Part shown: positions 18,146 to 26,542 of the stretch, in pieces
Layout: each line of letters opens with the position of its first letter
How positions within the stretch are numbered: the first letter of the stretch is position 1
Made by a program: the position numbers and the translations under genes
Notes under the pieces: model-generated
Database searches by the model: none
What the model was told of the DNA's origin: nothing
The model's input: the letters and a program-made list of their open reading frames with translations, nothing else
From: an uncultured bacterium
GTDB lineage: Bacteria; Patescibacteriota; Patescibacteriia; Magasanikbacterales; GWA2-37-8
Direction: 5' to 3'
NCBI GenBank assembly: GCA_937903605.1
Contig: CALCZC010000025.1
Span: 281,372 to 345,371 of the forward strand
Length of the DNA stretch: 64,000 bases

Positions 18146-19156
18146 CTATTTAGTATCTCTTTTATTTTTATAATTGACTTTTACACTTTCAAGCATTGAA
18201 TCAATAGGTAGATAAACACTTTTTCCCAATGGGCAAAAAGATGTGTCCCGCATTGTACGTAAAACACTGCGCAAAAGCACCATATCAATCTCATTTTTTT
18301 GCAACATTTCTTTTAAACGATAAAGCCCTTCTCGGCACGGCACACATTTACCACAATTATAATCAAAGAAAAAATTAACCCATTTTTTAATCAGTTCTTT
18401 GGTATCTGTTTTTTTTAAATTGTAAATTATAATCCCCCCGGCACCAATAAGTGGTTTGTTTAATTCTTCTTTGGTCAAAATTTCTCCGGCCGCTCCTCCG
18501 CCAACTTGTACAAAATAATTAAAACGCGGAACATTCTTGGTTCTTTTTAAAATTTCTCCGATCGACATATCCACCGGAAATTCATAAACGCCTTTTTTGG
18601 GAGCATCACCACTGATACAAAAAAATCTGGTATTTTTGTATTCATTGTGTTGAATTTGAGAAATCTGGTAAAAAGTTTCCACGTTATTTATTAAAGTCGG
18701 GCAACCTAACAATCCAAACTCGGTCGGATATGGCGGTTTGAGTCGTGGTTCGGGTCTATCGCCTTGTATAGTTTCCAATAATGTTGTTTCTTCTCCGCCC
18801 AAATAACCGATTTTTTCCGCTGTCAGCTCAATCGGTAATTTACCAATATATTTTTTCAGATGATTTTTGAATTTTTTCAAATAATCTTGGCGCAAATAAA
18901 TATATCCTTTTTCTGCACCCAAGGTATCCATAGCAATTTTTATTCCTTCAATAACTTTTTCCGGATAGTTTTGTAATATATATCCGTCTTTGAACATCCC
19001 CGGTTCACCTTCGGCACCGTTGCAAACTACAAACACAGGTTGATTAAATTCTTTCAAGTGACCTTTGGCTACACTAAGCCATTTGAACGCTGTCGGGAAT
19101 TCTGCCCCGCCACGCCCCTTGAGATTAGCAACTTGAATTTTATTGATAAATTTCAT
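18146..19156 (-). CDS. hydB: NuoF-like (51-kDa) flavoprotein subunit of NADH-dependent hydrogenase (HydB/HndC-like); start uncertain
   Basis: RGGAEFPTAFKW, FMN/NADH region IGYLGGEETTLLETIQGDR and C-terminal 4Fe-4S CGKCVPCREG. I favour the ATG at 19154-19156 (MKFINK…) because a TTGTCA-N17-TATAAT promoter lies inside the longer ORF-track N-terminus. This choice leaves only about 14 residues before the GG(A)EFPT motif. Confidence 0.75.
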   Translation of the reverse strand: MKFINKIQVANLKGRGGAEFPTAFKWLSVAKGHLKEFNQPVFVVCNGAEGEPGMFKDGYILQNYPEKVIEGIKIAMDTLGAEKGYIYLRQDYLKKFKNHLKKYIGKLPIELTAEKIGYLGGEETTLLETIQGDRPEPRLKPPYPTEFGLLGCPTLINNVETFYQISQIQHNEYKNTRFFCISGDAPKKGVYEFPVDMSIGEILKRTKNVPRFNYFVQVGGGAAGEILTKEELNKPLIGAGGIIIYNLKKTDTKELIKKWVNFFFDYNCGKCVPCREGLYRLKEMLQKNEIDMVLLRSVLRTMRDTSFCPLGKSVYLPIDSMLESVKVNYKNKRDTK

Positions 19157-19183
19157 AAAATATTTATTTTTAATTGCGAAAAT

Positions 19184-19212
19184 ATTATACCATTTTTTGA
19201 TATTATTGACAA
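19184..19212 (-). promoter_or_regulatory. sigma70-type promoter (TTGTCA-N17-TATAAT) of the hydB-hydA-porGA-porB-acd operon
   Basis: Read on the minus strand about 28 nt upstream of the hydB ATG. It is preceded by the terminator-like hairpin of the upstream gene. Confidence 0.55.
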
Positions 19213-19247
19213 AAAAACCGACCCCTTGAAAGAGATCGGTGGAAACC

Positions 19248-19820
19248 TTATTTTCCTTGGCGACGAAGGAGTTTGAAATACTCGGAGTTATCCTGAGTAA
19301 GTCTGGAAATCCGGATAACCTTGGCATTGCATGCAGGATCATATTTCTTATCTTTTTTGTCCAAAAAAACCTTGTAAAAATTCATCTTTTCTCCTTTTTC
19401 TGCCAGATAAAGAACTTCCGTTATCAAGGGTCTGATAACCGAATCTTTTTCACCTTTGAGTAGAAATTCTTTACCTGATAAAAAATCGAGTTGCTCAAAG
19501 TTAATTTTCCCGAACTGTTCGTCATAGACGGTAAAATTGGAAGAAGTGTTTGTCGGATCGAAAACTATACCGCAATTTTTGATATCTCTGAAATTTCTTT
19601 CCGGCATAAAAACAACTTCCTCATCATTGGAAAAATCTTTGTAAATCTTTCCTTTGCAAAACTGCGGGTGGTTTCCTTCTGTTTCTGGAACCAACAGATA
19701 ATACAGGTCAATACCCGTTTTTTTAAAAAAACATTCCCGCTTAAATTTTACCGGGGAACCGAATGTGCTTTTTTCCGCCCCAACCGAACCTTGACGACCA
19801 CTTAAAAAAAACAAGGACAT
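19248..19820 (-). CDS. hypothetical protein (190 aa)
   Basis: Strong RBS AGGAGGTGA 7 nt before the ATG. Own TTGACA-N17-TTAAAT promoter. No recognisable domain. Confidence 0.55.
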   Translation of the reverse strand: MSLFFLSGRQGSVGAEKSTFGSPVKFKRECFFKKTGIDLYYLLVPETEGNHPQFCKGKIYKDFSNDEEVVFMPERNFRDIKNCGIVFDPTNTSSNFTVYDEQFGKINFEQLDFLSGKEFLLKGEKDSVIRPLITEVLYLAEKGEKMNFYKVFLDKKDKKYDPACNAKVIRISRLTQDNSEYFKLLRRQGK

Positions 19821-19891
19821 GGAATCACCTCCTAGAAAATAAAAGTAAAAAGGACCTTGAACATTTAACCATTTTTTATTTTTATTGTCAA

Positions 19892-19927
19892 TAATTAAAA
19901 AACCCCCGTTATAATAACGGGGGTTTT
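19892..19927 (-). terminator. intrinsic terminator of hup (AACCCCCGTTATtATAACGGGGGTT plus T-run on minus strand)
   Basis: Perfect 11-bp GC-rich stem. Confidence 0.7.
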
Positions 19928-19942
19928 TGCTATTTTTGAAAA

Positions 19943-20224
19943 TTATAGTACTGCGTCTTTAGCAGCTTTGGCAACACGGAATTTTACCACAGTTTTTGCC
20001 GGAATTTTGATAGTTTCACCGGTGGCTGGGTTACGACCCATACGAGCGGCTCTTTTGATTTTGATCAATTTTCCAAAACCAGGAATAACGAATTCATTTC
20101 CTTTTTTAACTTCTTTGTAAGCAACGTTTGTCATTGCGTCCAAAAAATTAGCAACTTCTTTCTTGCTCAAGTTGGTAGCTTCGGAAAGCACTCCCAACAA
20201 TTGAGACTTAGTCATTTTTGCCAT
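19943..20224 (-). CDS. hup: DNA-binding protein HU
   Basis: MAKMTKSQLLGVLSEATNLSKKEVANFLDAMTNVAYKEVKKGNEFVIPGFGKLIKIKRAARMGRNPATGETIKIP…, 93 aa with the HU/IHF arm motif. Confidence 0.9.
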   Translation of the reverse strand: MAKMTKSQLLGVLSEATNLSKKEVANFLDAMTNVAYKEVKKGNEFVIPGFGKLIKIKRAARMGRNPATGETIKIPAKTVVKFRVAKAAKDAVL

Positions 20225-20390
20225 AGTGGTAAAAATTAAATTAATTAATAAATAAATTAATTTTCGGGCGGAAATTATACTTTCCTTACCCGACCTTTAT
20301 TATACACCAATAAAATCAATAGCAACAGCCCCCCACCTGTGGAAAACCCCTTTATTTTTAAGATTATTTCTATAAACTAACGCTAAAACC

Positions 20391-20900
20391 TTATTTTTTA
20401 AGGTAATTTTCACCAAAAAGACCACCTTCTATCACTCTTTCGTCCTGTTCTTCTTTATATTCTGGAGCTTCATCACCTATCTCTTTTCTCCACTGATTCC
20501 AATCAAAGTTATCAATTTCACCTTCATAACCTATATTATCAAAATATTCTTGAATTAAAGAATCTGGCAAATAAGGTCGATCTTCAGAAGATAGGCGGTG
20601 TTCATTTCTTTGCAACAAACTTTCTATTGTCGCCATTTTTTCAAAATACTCGTCTGTTTTAGCATATTCTTTTTCTTTCTCTTCAAACTCTTTGTTATCT
20701 TCTTGATATTGTCTTTGAGTCATGCGATAAATATAATCTCTTCTTTTGCTTGCCCCTGGAATTCTCTTGCCATAAATTTCATCACAGGCCTTATTGATGA
20801 GATTAACTTTGTTTTCATCCCAATCCTCTTTTAATTTTTCTACCAAATTTACCACCCTATCAACTTCTTTTCTATCTTCTTTGTTTAAATATAAAGCCAT
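20391..20900 (-). CDS. hypothetical acidic protein (169 aa)
   Basis: ORF only. Highly charged E/K/D-rich sequence, no motif recognised. Confidence 0.45.
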   Translation of the reverse strand: MALYLNKEDRKEVDRVVNLVEKLKEDWDENKVNLINKACDEIYGKRIPGASKRRDYIYRMTQRQYQEDNKEFEEKEKEYAKTDEYFEKMATIESLLQRNEHRLSSEDRPYLPDSLIQEYFDNIGYEGEIDNFDWNQWRKEIGDEAPEYKEEQDERVIEGGLFGENYLKK

Positions 20901-20919
20901 ATTATTTGCAATTTAATTT

Positions 20920-21789
20920 TTAGCTTTCTTTGTTTTGATTTTGTAAATCTTTTATATAGTTTTCTTGGACTAATCTTTTGATAACCTCTCTGACTAAATA
21001 AGCTTTCTTGGTTTCCGGAGAAAGTTTGCCTGTTTTTTTATTTCTTTTTTCTTTATTTAAAGAAACAACTCTAGTAAAGGTTTTTTCTGTTAAATTATCC
21101 GTACCGAAAGGATAGCATTCTATTTCTTCAGGTTTATCCAAAGTGATATAATCCACGGGAAATTTATCTTTAAATTCTTCGTTTTTCTTATGCACGACAA
21201 AAATTTTAATATTGGTAAATCCGTTTTTTTCAAAAAACTTTAAAACATTCTGTAACGACTCGCCTTCATGAACACAATTATCATAAATCAAAAGCGGTTT
21301 ATCTTTGTCCTGTATTAACCTGGCGTAAGTATTTTTAAAATCTTCATCAATTTCTGCTTCATCTCTTATCAGATCAATGTCTTCCGGTTTGTCATATTGC
21401 ATTTTCCTATTATAGAATCTTTTGTCCGCTATGGTTGGATATTTTTCATTACTTACAAAACCCCGAGGATTTATAAAATAAATATGCGGGTTTTCTTTTT
21501 CTCTTTCTTCGTTTTCTTGAAGCAATCGCCAATATTCACGCAATCCCGTGCAAACGTTTCTGGCGCTACGATCTAACAAAACCATATTTTCAATATTGTT
21601 TTCATCTACATATTCGGCTATTTTTTTAATATATTCATAAGACTGTCTTTCCAATTTGGGATTTTTAGAAAATTCTGCTGCGTAAGGATTTTTATATCCT
21701 TCTTGTCTGAGCTCTTCCTTTTTAAGAATTTCTTTTTCTTTGACTTTTTCTATCTGAGGAATATATTTTTCTGTAAAACCCTCTTTCAT
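20920..21789 (-). CDS. hypothetical protein (289 aa)
   Basis: ORF only. The segment LLIYDNCVHEGESL faintly resembles a PRTase-type loop but this is not convincing. Confidence 0.45.
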   Translation of the reverse strand: MKEGFTEKYIPQIEKVKEKEILKKEELRQEGYKNPYAAEFSKNPKLERQSYEYIKKIAEYVDENNIENMVLLDRSARNVCTGLREYWRLLQENEEREKENPHIYFINPRGFVSNEKYPTIADKRFYNRKMQYDKPEDIDLIRDEAEIDEDFKNTYARLIQDKDKPLLIYDNCVHEGESLQNVLKFFEKNGFTNIKIFVVHKKNEEFKDKFPVDYITLDKPEEIECYPFGTDNLTEKTFTRVVSLNKEKRNKKTGKLSPETKKAYLVREVIKRLVQENYIKDLQNQNKES

Positions 21790-22538
21790 ATTTTATTTTT
21801 CAAATATTTTAATCTTTTATTTTCTGCAAATCTTTCTATCGCATAACGCAACATGGTTCGCGGCATTTTTTTGTAATATTTTTTTAAAAATTCTTCTTCA
21901 TCTTTTTCTCCGCAACGTTTACCAACTTCCCGGAGCATCCAACCCACGGCTTTGTGCATCAAATCATGTTTGTCACTTAGCAGTATTTCCGCAATTTGCA
22001 AGGTCAATTCGCTTTCGTCTTTTTTGATATAGTAAAAAGTAGATAAAACAGCTATTCGCCTCTCCCATAAATTTTTTGATCGAGCTAATTTAAACAAAAT
22101 ACTTTTGTCTTTTCCTTCCAAATACGAACCGACTATTTTTTCCGCGGTCAAATCAACTAAGTCCCAATTATTTATATTAAGCGTATTTTTCAAATAAAAC
22201 TTATAAATTTTTTCTTGTTCTTTTTTATCAACCTGCGGATATTTCAAAACCAAAATAAGCAATGATGTCAATCTTTCTTCATGATAAACACTATTGAGTA
22301 ATTTTTGTAAATCATGTAAATTCAAATCGAAAAATTGTTTGGCTACAACTCGTTGTTTTGGAACAGTAATACCCAAAAACTTGTCGCCTGCTCCATATTG
22401 TCCCGGACCGGTTTTAAAAAAACGAGAAAGAATTTTGGCCTTTTCTTTGCTAGCATTTTTTCTTAACTCTTTTTTGAGTAATTCAACTGTCACAAAATAT
22501 AACTTTATTTTCCGCACTCTCCGCGAAACAATGCCCAT
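21786..22538 (-). CDS. DNA alkylation repair protein (AlkD/AlkC-like HEAT-repeat family)
   Basis: …[33 protein letters not shown]…NNWDLVD…AVGWMLRE… are hallmark motifs of the DNA_alkylation family. The ATG at 22538 overlaps the upstream Kazal gene by 34 nt. An alternative GTG at 22493 is possible. Confidence 0.7.
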   Translation of the reverse strand: MGIVSRRVRKIKLYFVTVELLKKELRKNASKEKAKILSRFFKTGPGQYGAGDKFLGITVPKQRVVAKQFFDLNLHDLQKLLNSVYHEERLTSLLILVLKYPQVDKKEQEKIYKFYLKNTLNINNWDLVDLTAEKIVGSYLEGKDKSILFKLARSKNLWERRIAVLSTFYYIKKDESELTLQIAEILLSDKHDLMHKAVGWMLREVGKRCGEKDEEEFLKKYYKKMPRTMLRYAIERFAENKRLKYLKNKI

Positions 22539-23056
22539 TCCTCACAAACTTTATCACCAGGTAAGGTGCAATAACCAACTTGACCATCGGCTTCATCTTT
22601 GATTTCCAACGTTCCGCCCATGTCAACACAATTCACACTAGCCGGATTAGCCAAACCGGTTTTACCGTTTTTTTCACATTCTCCTTGATAAGATATTTCC
22701 ACACCAGCGCAACCCGCTCCACAAGCATTGCCGTAGGTTTTACCATCAATTCCACAAACGGGCGTATAATCCATAGTACAAATACAATCTTCTTTTACTT
22801 TATTATTGTTATTACCATTATTATATAGAGCATCGCGAAGTACCGAACATTCACCATCATAAAGTTTTTTTGCCCCCGATTTTTCCATAAAACATTCATT
22901 AGCGTAAGTTAAGTTATCTTCTCCACAAACAAGCTTTTTCTCCAATGAACAGTTAGATAAATTCTTGGTTAATTCCTTGAAATAACAGAAACTACCTAAA
23001 TAAGCCAAGACGCTGACTATTAAAACTATGAATAGTAAAATAACCACTTTTTTCAT
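22505..23056 (-). CDS. secreted Kazal-type serine-protease-inhibitor protein (two Kazal domains plus DUF333-like C-terminal domain)
   Basis: Signal peptide [18 protein letters not shown]. First Kazal: [27 protein letters not shown]. Second Kazal: [36 protein letters not shown]-terminal [13 protein letters not shown]…GYC…C module. Confidence 0.75.
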   Translation of the reverse strand: MKKVVILLFIVLIVSVLAYLGSFCYFKELTKNLSNCSLEKKLVCGEDNLTYANECFMEKSGAKKLYDGECSVLRDALYNNGNNNNKVKEDCICTMDYTPVCGIDGKTYGNACGAGCAGVEISYQGECEKNGKTGLANPASVNCVDMGGTLEIKDEADGQVGYCTLPGDKVCEEWALFRGECGK

Positions 23057-23145
23057 ATTTTATATTATTTAATGATTTAAGGCTTTTTTTATTGTAAAGC
23101 TAAAAAGCAAATTAGTCAAAAAAAAGGCCCTGTAATGGGCCTTAA

Positions 23146-23592
23146 TTAAAAATATCCTTCTTTTTTAAGTTGTTGCGCAAGCTCGGGAAAAAATATCCCT
23201 ATTTCTCTTTGCGCATCCTTGATACAACCAGAGCAATGAGCGGCATTTTCTGTCATATCCGTATGATTGCCAAATAAGGCACGGATAGTTCCCGGTTCAG
23301 CCTTATTAGGATCGGTGTGACCAAGAAGTTTCCGAATTTTATCGATAATATCTTCGCCGGTCAAAACCAGCAATACGACTGACCCGGAAAGCATAAAAGA
23401 AAGAAGTTGTTGGAAAAAAGGCTTTCCCTTGTGCTCTTGATAAAGAGCGGAGATCTCTTTCTCTTTTAAACGAAAACGATGACTCTCGCGAGTGATCATA
23501 ACCCCGGTTTTTTTGAGTTGTGCCATTATCGGCACATATTTGCCGGATTTCATGGAATCAGGCTTGATGATAAACAAAGCCGCTTCTTTCAT
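23146..23592 (-). CDS. ndk: nucleoside-diphosphate kinase-like protein
   Basis: MKEAALFIIKPDSM…VVLLVLTGEDIIDKIRKLLGHTDPNKAEPGTIRALFGNHTDMTENAAHCSG. NDK fold with the active-site His context. Confidence 0.75.
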   Translation of the reverse strand: MKEAALFIIKPDSMKSGKYVPIMAQLKKTGVMITRESHRFRLKEKEISALYQEHKGKPFFQQLLSFMLSGSVVLLVLTGEDIIDKIRKLLGHTDPNKAEPGTIRALFGNHTDMTENAAHCSGCIKDAQREIGIFFPELAQQLKKEGYF

Positions 23593-23749
23593 GACACAAA
23601 ACTCCTAAAAATTGATAATGTACCGCAATTAAATTAGCAAAAAAATTATAAAAAGTCAAGGGGTTGATAAATAAAGTTGACAAAATATTAAAAATATAAA
23701 GATAATACCTACAGCATTGTTCATTAACAACTTAAAAAGGAGAAATGAA

Positions 23750-25315
23750 ATGAAAGGAGAACAAACGGACTTATTTCCTAGAAATCGTCAAAAACGTTTT
23801 TTTGATATGTACTGCCTGCCTTTTGAAAGTTTTACTATTGATAATCGTCCGGATTGGTTTACGATTGCCAAAGAAATAGTAAAAGAAATTGACGAAAAAA
23901 GAAATCCGTGTCTTATCGGGAAAAGTGGTAGTGGAAAAACCGTAGTGGCTATATTAGTTCATTATGTTTTGCAGGGTCGAGCTATTTTGATAGCCCCAAC
24001 CACTAACTTGGTAAACGAACACTACAAACTTTATCAAAAAGTAACCGGCAAAAAAGATGTAATTAAAATTATCGGCGATATACCGGAAAAAAAGAGATTT
24101 TGGAATAATTATACTGATGGGCTGATAATTTGCACGGCTGAGGTTTTTAACAGTGATTTTGAAAAAGGTAAAATAGCCGTAAACGATTTTGATTTTTTTA
24201 TGATTGATGAAACTCACCATGCTGTCAAAAATCATGCTTTTGTCAAAGCGGCCAAAATATTCAACGATACGGGAAAAAATATTTTTTCTCTAACCGCCAC
24301 TTTGGGTGACTGCGAACAAGAAGCTCAAGAAATTAAAAAAAATTGTTTTATCCAAACTGTTATAGAATTACAGGTTCCTATGCTTGCGCGTAGTGAAAGA
24401 AAAATAGACATTGAGCTCGATAAACATCTGAAACATTTACATCCGATTTTCGAAGAGATAATCGGCGGCATAACTTTGGAATTTGAGATGCTCTTGGGAA
24501 TAAACGAAGTCAAAATATGGATGACCGAACAAGAGCTCAAAGAATTGGAAAAGCTAGTAGAAAAAGAAAATAATGACGATTTTATTATTACCGCCGGGAT
24601 GAATAAATCTTATCGTTCCGGACTCTTCCTTTTGGCCAAATATCGCAAAGCCATGCATGCTTATCGTTTGGCGATGAACGAGAGTTATGCTTCTTTTTTG
24701 GAATATACCAAAACACTCGTAGATAAAAAGAAAAGCGGCTTAGCACTCTTACATGATCCACGTTTTGAAAAAATCATCCATTATGTTTCTGGCATCAAAG
24801 ACCTGCATCCCAAAGAAACCTTTTTCTTGGAAGAGCTCGGAAAAATAAAAGGTCGTTCCATGGTCTTTTTTCAAAACAAAACTACTGCCAAAAATATCAA
24901 GATTCTGTTAAAATCAATTGGCTGCAAAACCGGTTACATTTTCGGCGGCAAGGATAAAAAAACAGAAAAGGCCAAAGAGATCATTAAGGAACTGAAAACC
25001 TGCGGAATGGAACACCTGTTAGTTACTTCAGTCGCTGAAGAAGGAATAACTTTACCCGGAGTGGATGTAGTTATAAATTATAATCCACCAACTAGCAAAA
25101 CTGCACGCATCCAAAGAACCGGCCGTATCGGTCGCATGACTAAAGGTGAAAGTATTTTCTTGGTAATGAAAAATAGTTTTGAACAAGGACTCTATTGGAA
25201 AACTGTGCAGAGAAAACCAAAACCAAAAATCGCCGGGGATTTCATTAAAGAAAAAATTCCTACAAAAAAGAAGAAAAAAACGGATGATCCAAGACAAGTT
25301 GTTTTTCCTTTTTAG
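23750..25315 (+). CDS. SF2 helicase of the Hef/FANCM/Mph1 (ERCC4-helicase) type, helicase core only
   Basis: Motif I GKSGSGKT, II DETHH, III LTAT, V LLVTSVAEEGITLPGVDVVINYNPPTS, VI RIQRTGRIGR. The start is placed at the ATG at 23750 (MKGEQ…) with an AAAGGAGA RBS 8 nt upstream. The ORF-track start is a TTG. Confidence 0.75.
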   Translation: MKGEQTDLFPRNRQKRFFDMYCLPFESFTIDNRPDWFTIAKEIVKEIDEKRNPCLIGKSGSGKTVVAILVHYVLQGRAILIAPTTNLVNEHYKLYQKVTGKKDVIKIIGDIPEKKRFWNNYTDGLIICTAEVFNSDFEKGKIAVNDFDFFMIDETHHAVKNHAFVKAAKIFNDTGKNIFSLTATLGDCEQEAQEIKKNCFIQTVIELQVPMLARSERKIDIELDKHLKHLHPIFEEIIGGITLEFEMLLGINEVKIWMTEQELKELEKLVEKENNDDFIITAGMNKSYRSGLFLLAKYRKAMHAYRLAMNESYASFLEYTKTLVDKKKSGLALLHDPRFEKIIHYVSGIKDLHPKETFFLEELGKIKGRSMVFFQNKTTAKNIKILLKSIGCKTGYIFGGKDKKTEKAKEIIKELKTCGMEHLLVTSVAEEGITLPGVDVVINYNPPTSKTARIQRTGRIGRMTKGESIFLVMKNSFEQGLYWKTVQRKPKPKIAGDFIKEKIPTKKKKKTDDPRQVVFPF

Positions 25316-25329
25316 TTTTTTAAAAAAAT

Positions 25330-25353
25330 CCCGTCCCGCTTAGCGGGACGGGT
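25330..25353. terminator. bidirectional hairpin terminator (CCCGTCCCGC-ttag-GCGGGACGGG) between convergent helicase and dnaJ
   Basis: 10-bp GC stem with an A-run on one side and a T-run on the other. It is a member of the GCTTAGC-loop hairpin family. Confidence 0.7.
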
Positions 25354-25358
25354 CTTTT

Positions 25359-26459
25359 TTATAAATCGTTTTTCAAATCTTCCAATTTCTTTTTTAAATC
25401 TCTACTAATATTTTTAGGAACTTTAATTTTAACCTTCACATAATGATCGCCTCTGCCTTTTTGACGTAAGTATGGAATACCTTTGCCTTTGAGACGAATC
25501 AACTGTCCAGATTCAACACCTTCAGGAATCATTATTTTTTCCATACCATCTAGAGTTTCTATTTCCACCTTATCTCCTAATACGGCTTGTGGATAACTAA
25601 TTTCACAATCGGTAAATATTTCATATCCTTCGCGAGAAAAATATTTATTTTTCTTGATATGAATACGAACATAAAGATCTCCGCTCATGCCATTGTAAGC
25701 AGCGGCCTCACCATATCCACTCAAACGGATAGATTCACCGTCATTTATACCAGCGGGAATTTTTACTTGAAAAGTATTATTTTTAGTGATTACTCCGTCA
25801 CCACCGCAATGTTTACATTTAGTGTTTGGTTTTTGGCCGGCTCCTTTACAATCAGGACAAGTAGCAACTTGCTGAATCGTACCAAAAATAGTGCGCTGGT
25901 TATGAACAACTTGACCGCGACCTCCACAAGTACCACATTTTTCCATTTTACTTCCCGGCTCAGCTCCATTACCTTGGCAAATATCACAAGTGGTTTTTTT
26001 ACGTAAATTTAATTCTCTTTCCACGCCAAAAGCAGCTTCTTTAAAGTCCAATTCTACATCTACTTCTATATCACGTCCACGCGACTTACCTCCTCGTCCA
26101 CGTGAACCTCCGCTAAATCCAAAAAGGTCACCGAAAATATCTCCAAAATCATTTCCGCCAAAATTAAAATTAAAATCACCACCGCCTTGACCACGAGCTG
26201 CGCGCATAAAATCTTCCCAGCCGGCTCCACCGCCAAATCCACCCTGTTGTTCAAAATCAGCGCCAAACTGATCATATTGTTTACGTTTTTGTTCATTACC
26301 AAGCACCTGGTATGCTTCATTCACTTCTTTAAATTTAACTTCATCACCACCCTGTTTGTCAGGATGATATTGATGTGCCATTTTTTGAAATGCTTTGCGA
26401 ATTTCATCTTTGCTGGCATTTTTATCTACACCGAGTATTTTATAATAATCTTTTGACAT
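25359..26459 (-). CDS. dnaJ: molecular chaperone DnaJ
   Basis: J-domain with HPD (YHPDK), G/F-rich linker and four CxxCxGxG zinc-finger repeats. Confidence 0.95.
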   Translation of the reverse strand: MSKDYYKILGVDKNASKDEIRKAFQKMAHQYHPDKQGGDEVKFKEVNEAYQVLGNEQKRKQYDQFGADFEQQGGFGGGAGWEDFMRAARGQGGGDFNFNFGGNDFGDIFGDLFGFSGGSRGRGGKSRGRDIEVDVELDFKEAAFGVERELNLRKKTTCDICQGNGAEPGSKMEKCGTCGGRGQVVHNQRTIFGTIQQVATCPDCKGAGQKPNTKCKHCGGDGVITKNNTFQVKIPAGINDGESIRLSGYGEAAAYNGMSGDLYVRIHIKKNKYFSREGYEIFTDCEISYPQAVLGDKVEIETLDGMEKIMIPEGVESGQLIRLKGKGIPYLRQKGRGDHYVKVKIKVPKNISRDLKKKLEDLKNDL

Positions 26460-26542
26460 AGAAGTATATAGTATACCGTATATCGTATGTCGTATTACAA
26501 TATTTTAAAATACTATATACGATATACTAAATACGAAATACA

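Noticed and set aside
18146-19342. Longer hydB, uppP, nrdR, acd, porA and CBS N-termini as given by the ORF track
   Set aside because: The extended N-termini overlap upstream genes by tens to hundreds of nt, contain promoter or terminator elements, or start at TTG inside hairpins. Internal ATGs matching the conserved protein N-termini were chosen. The hydB start remains the least certain.
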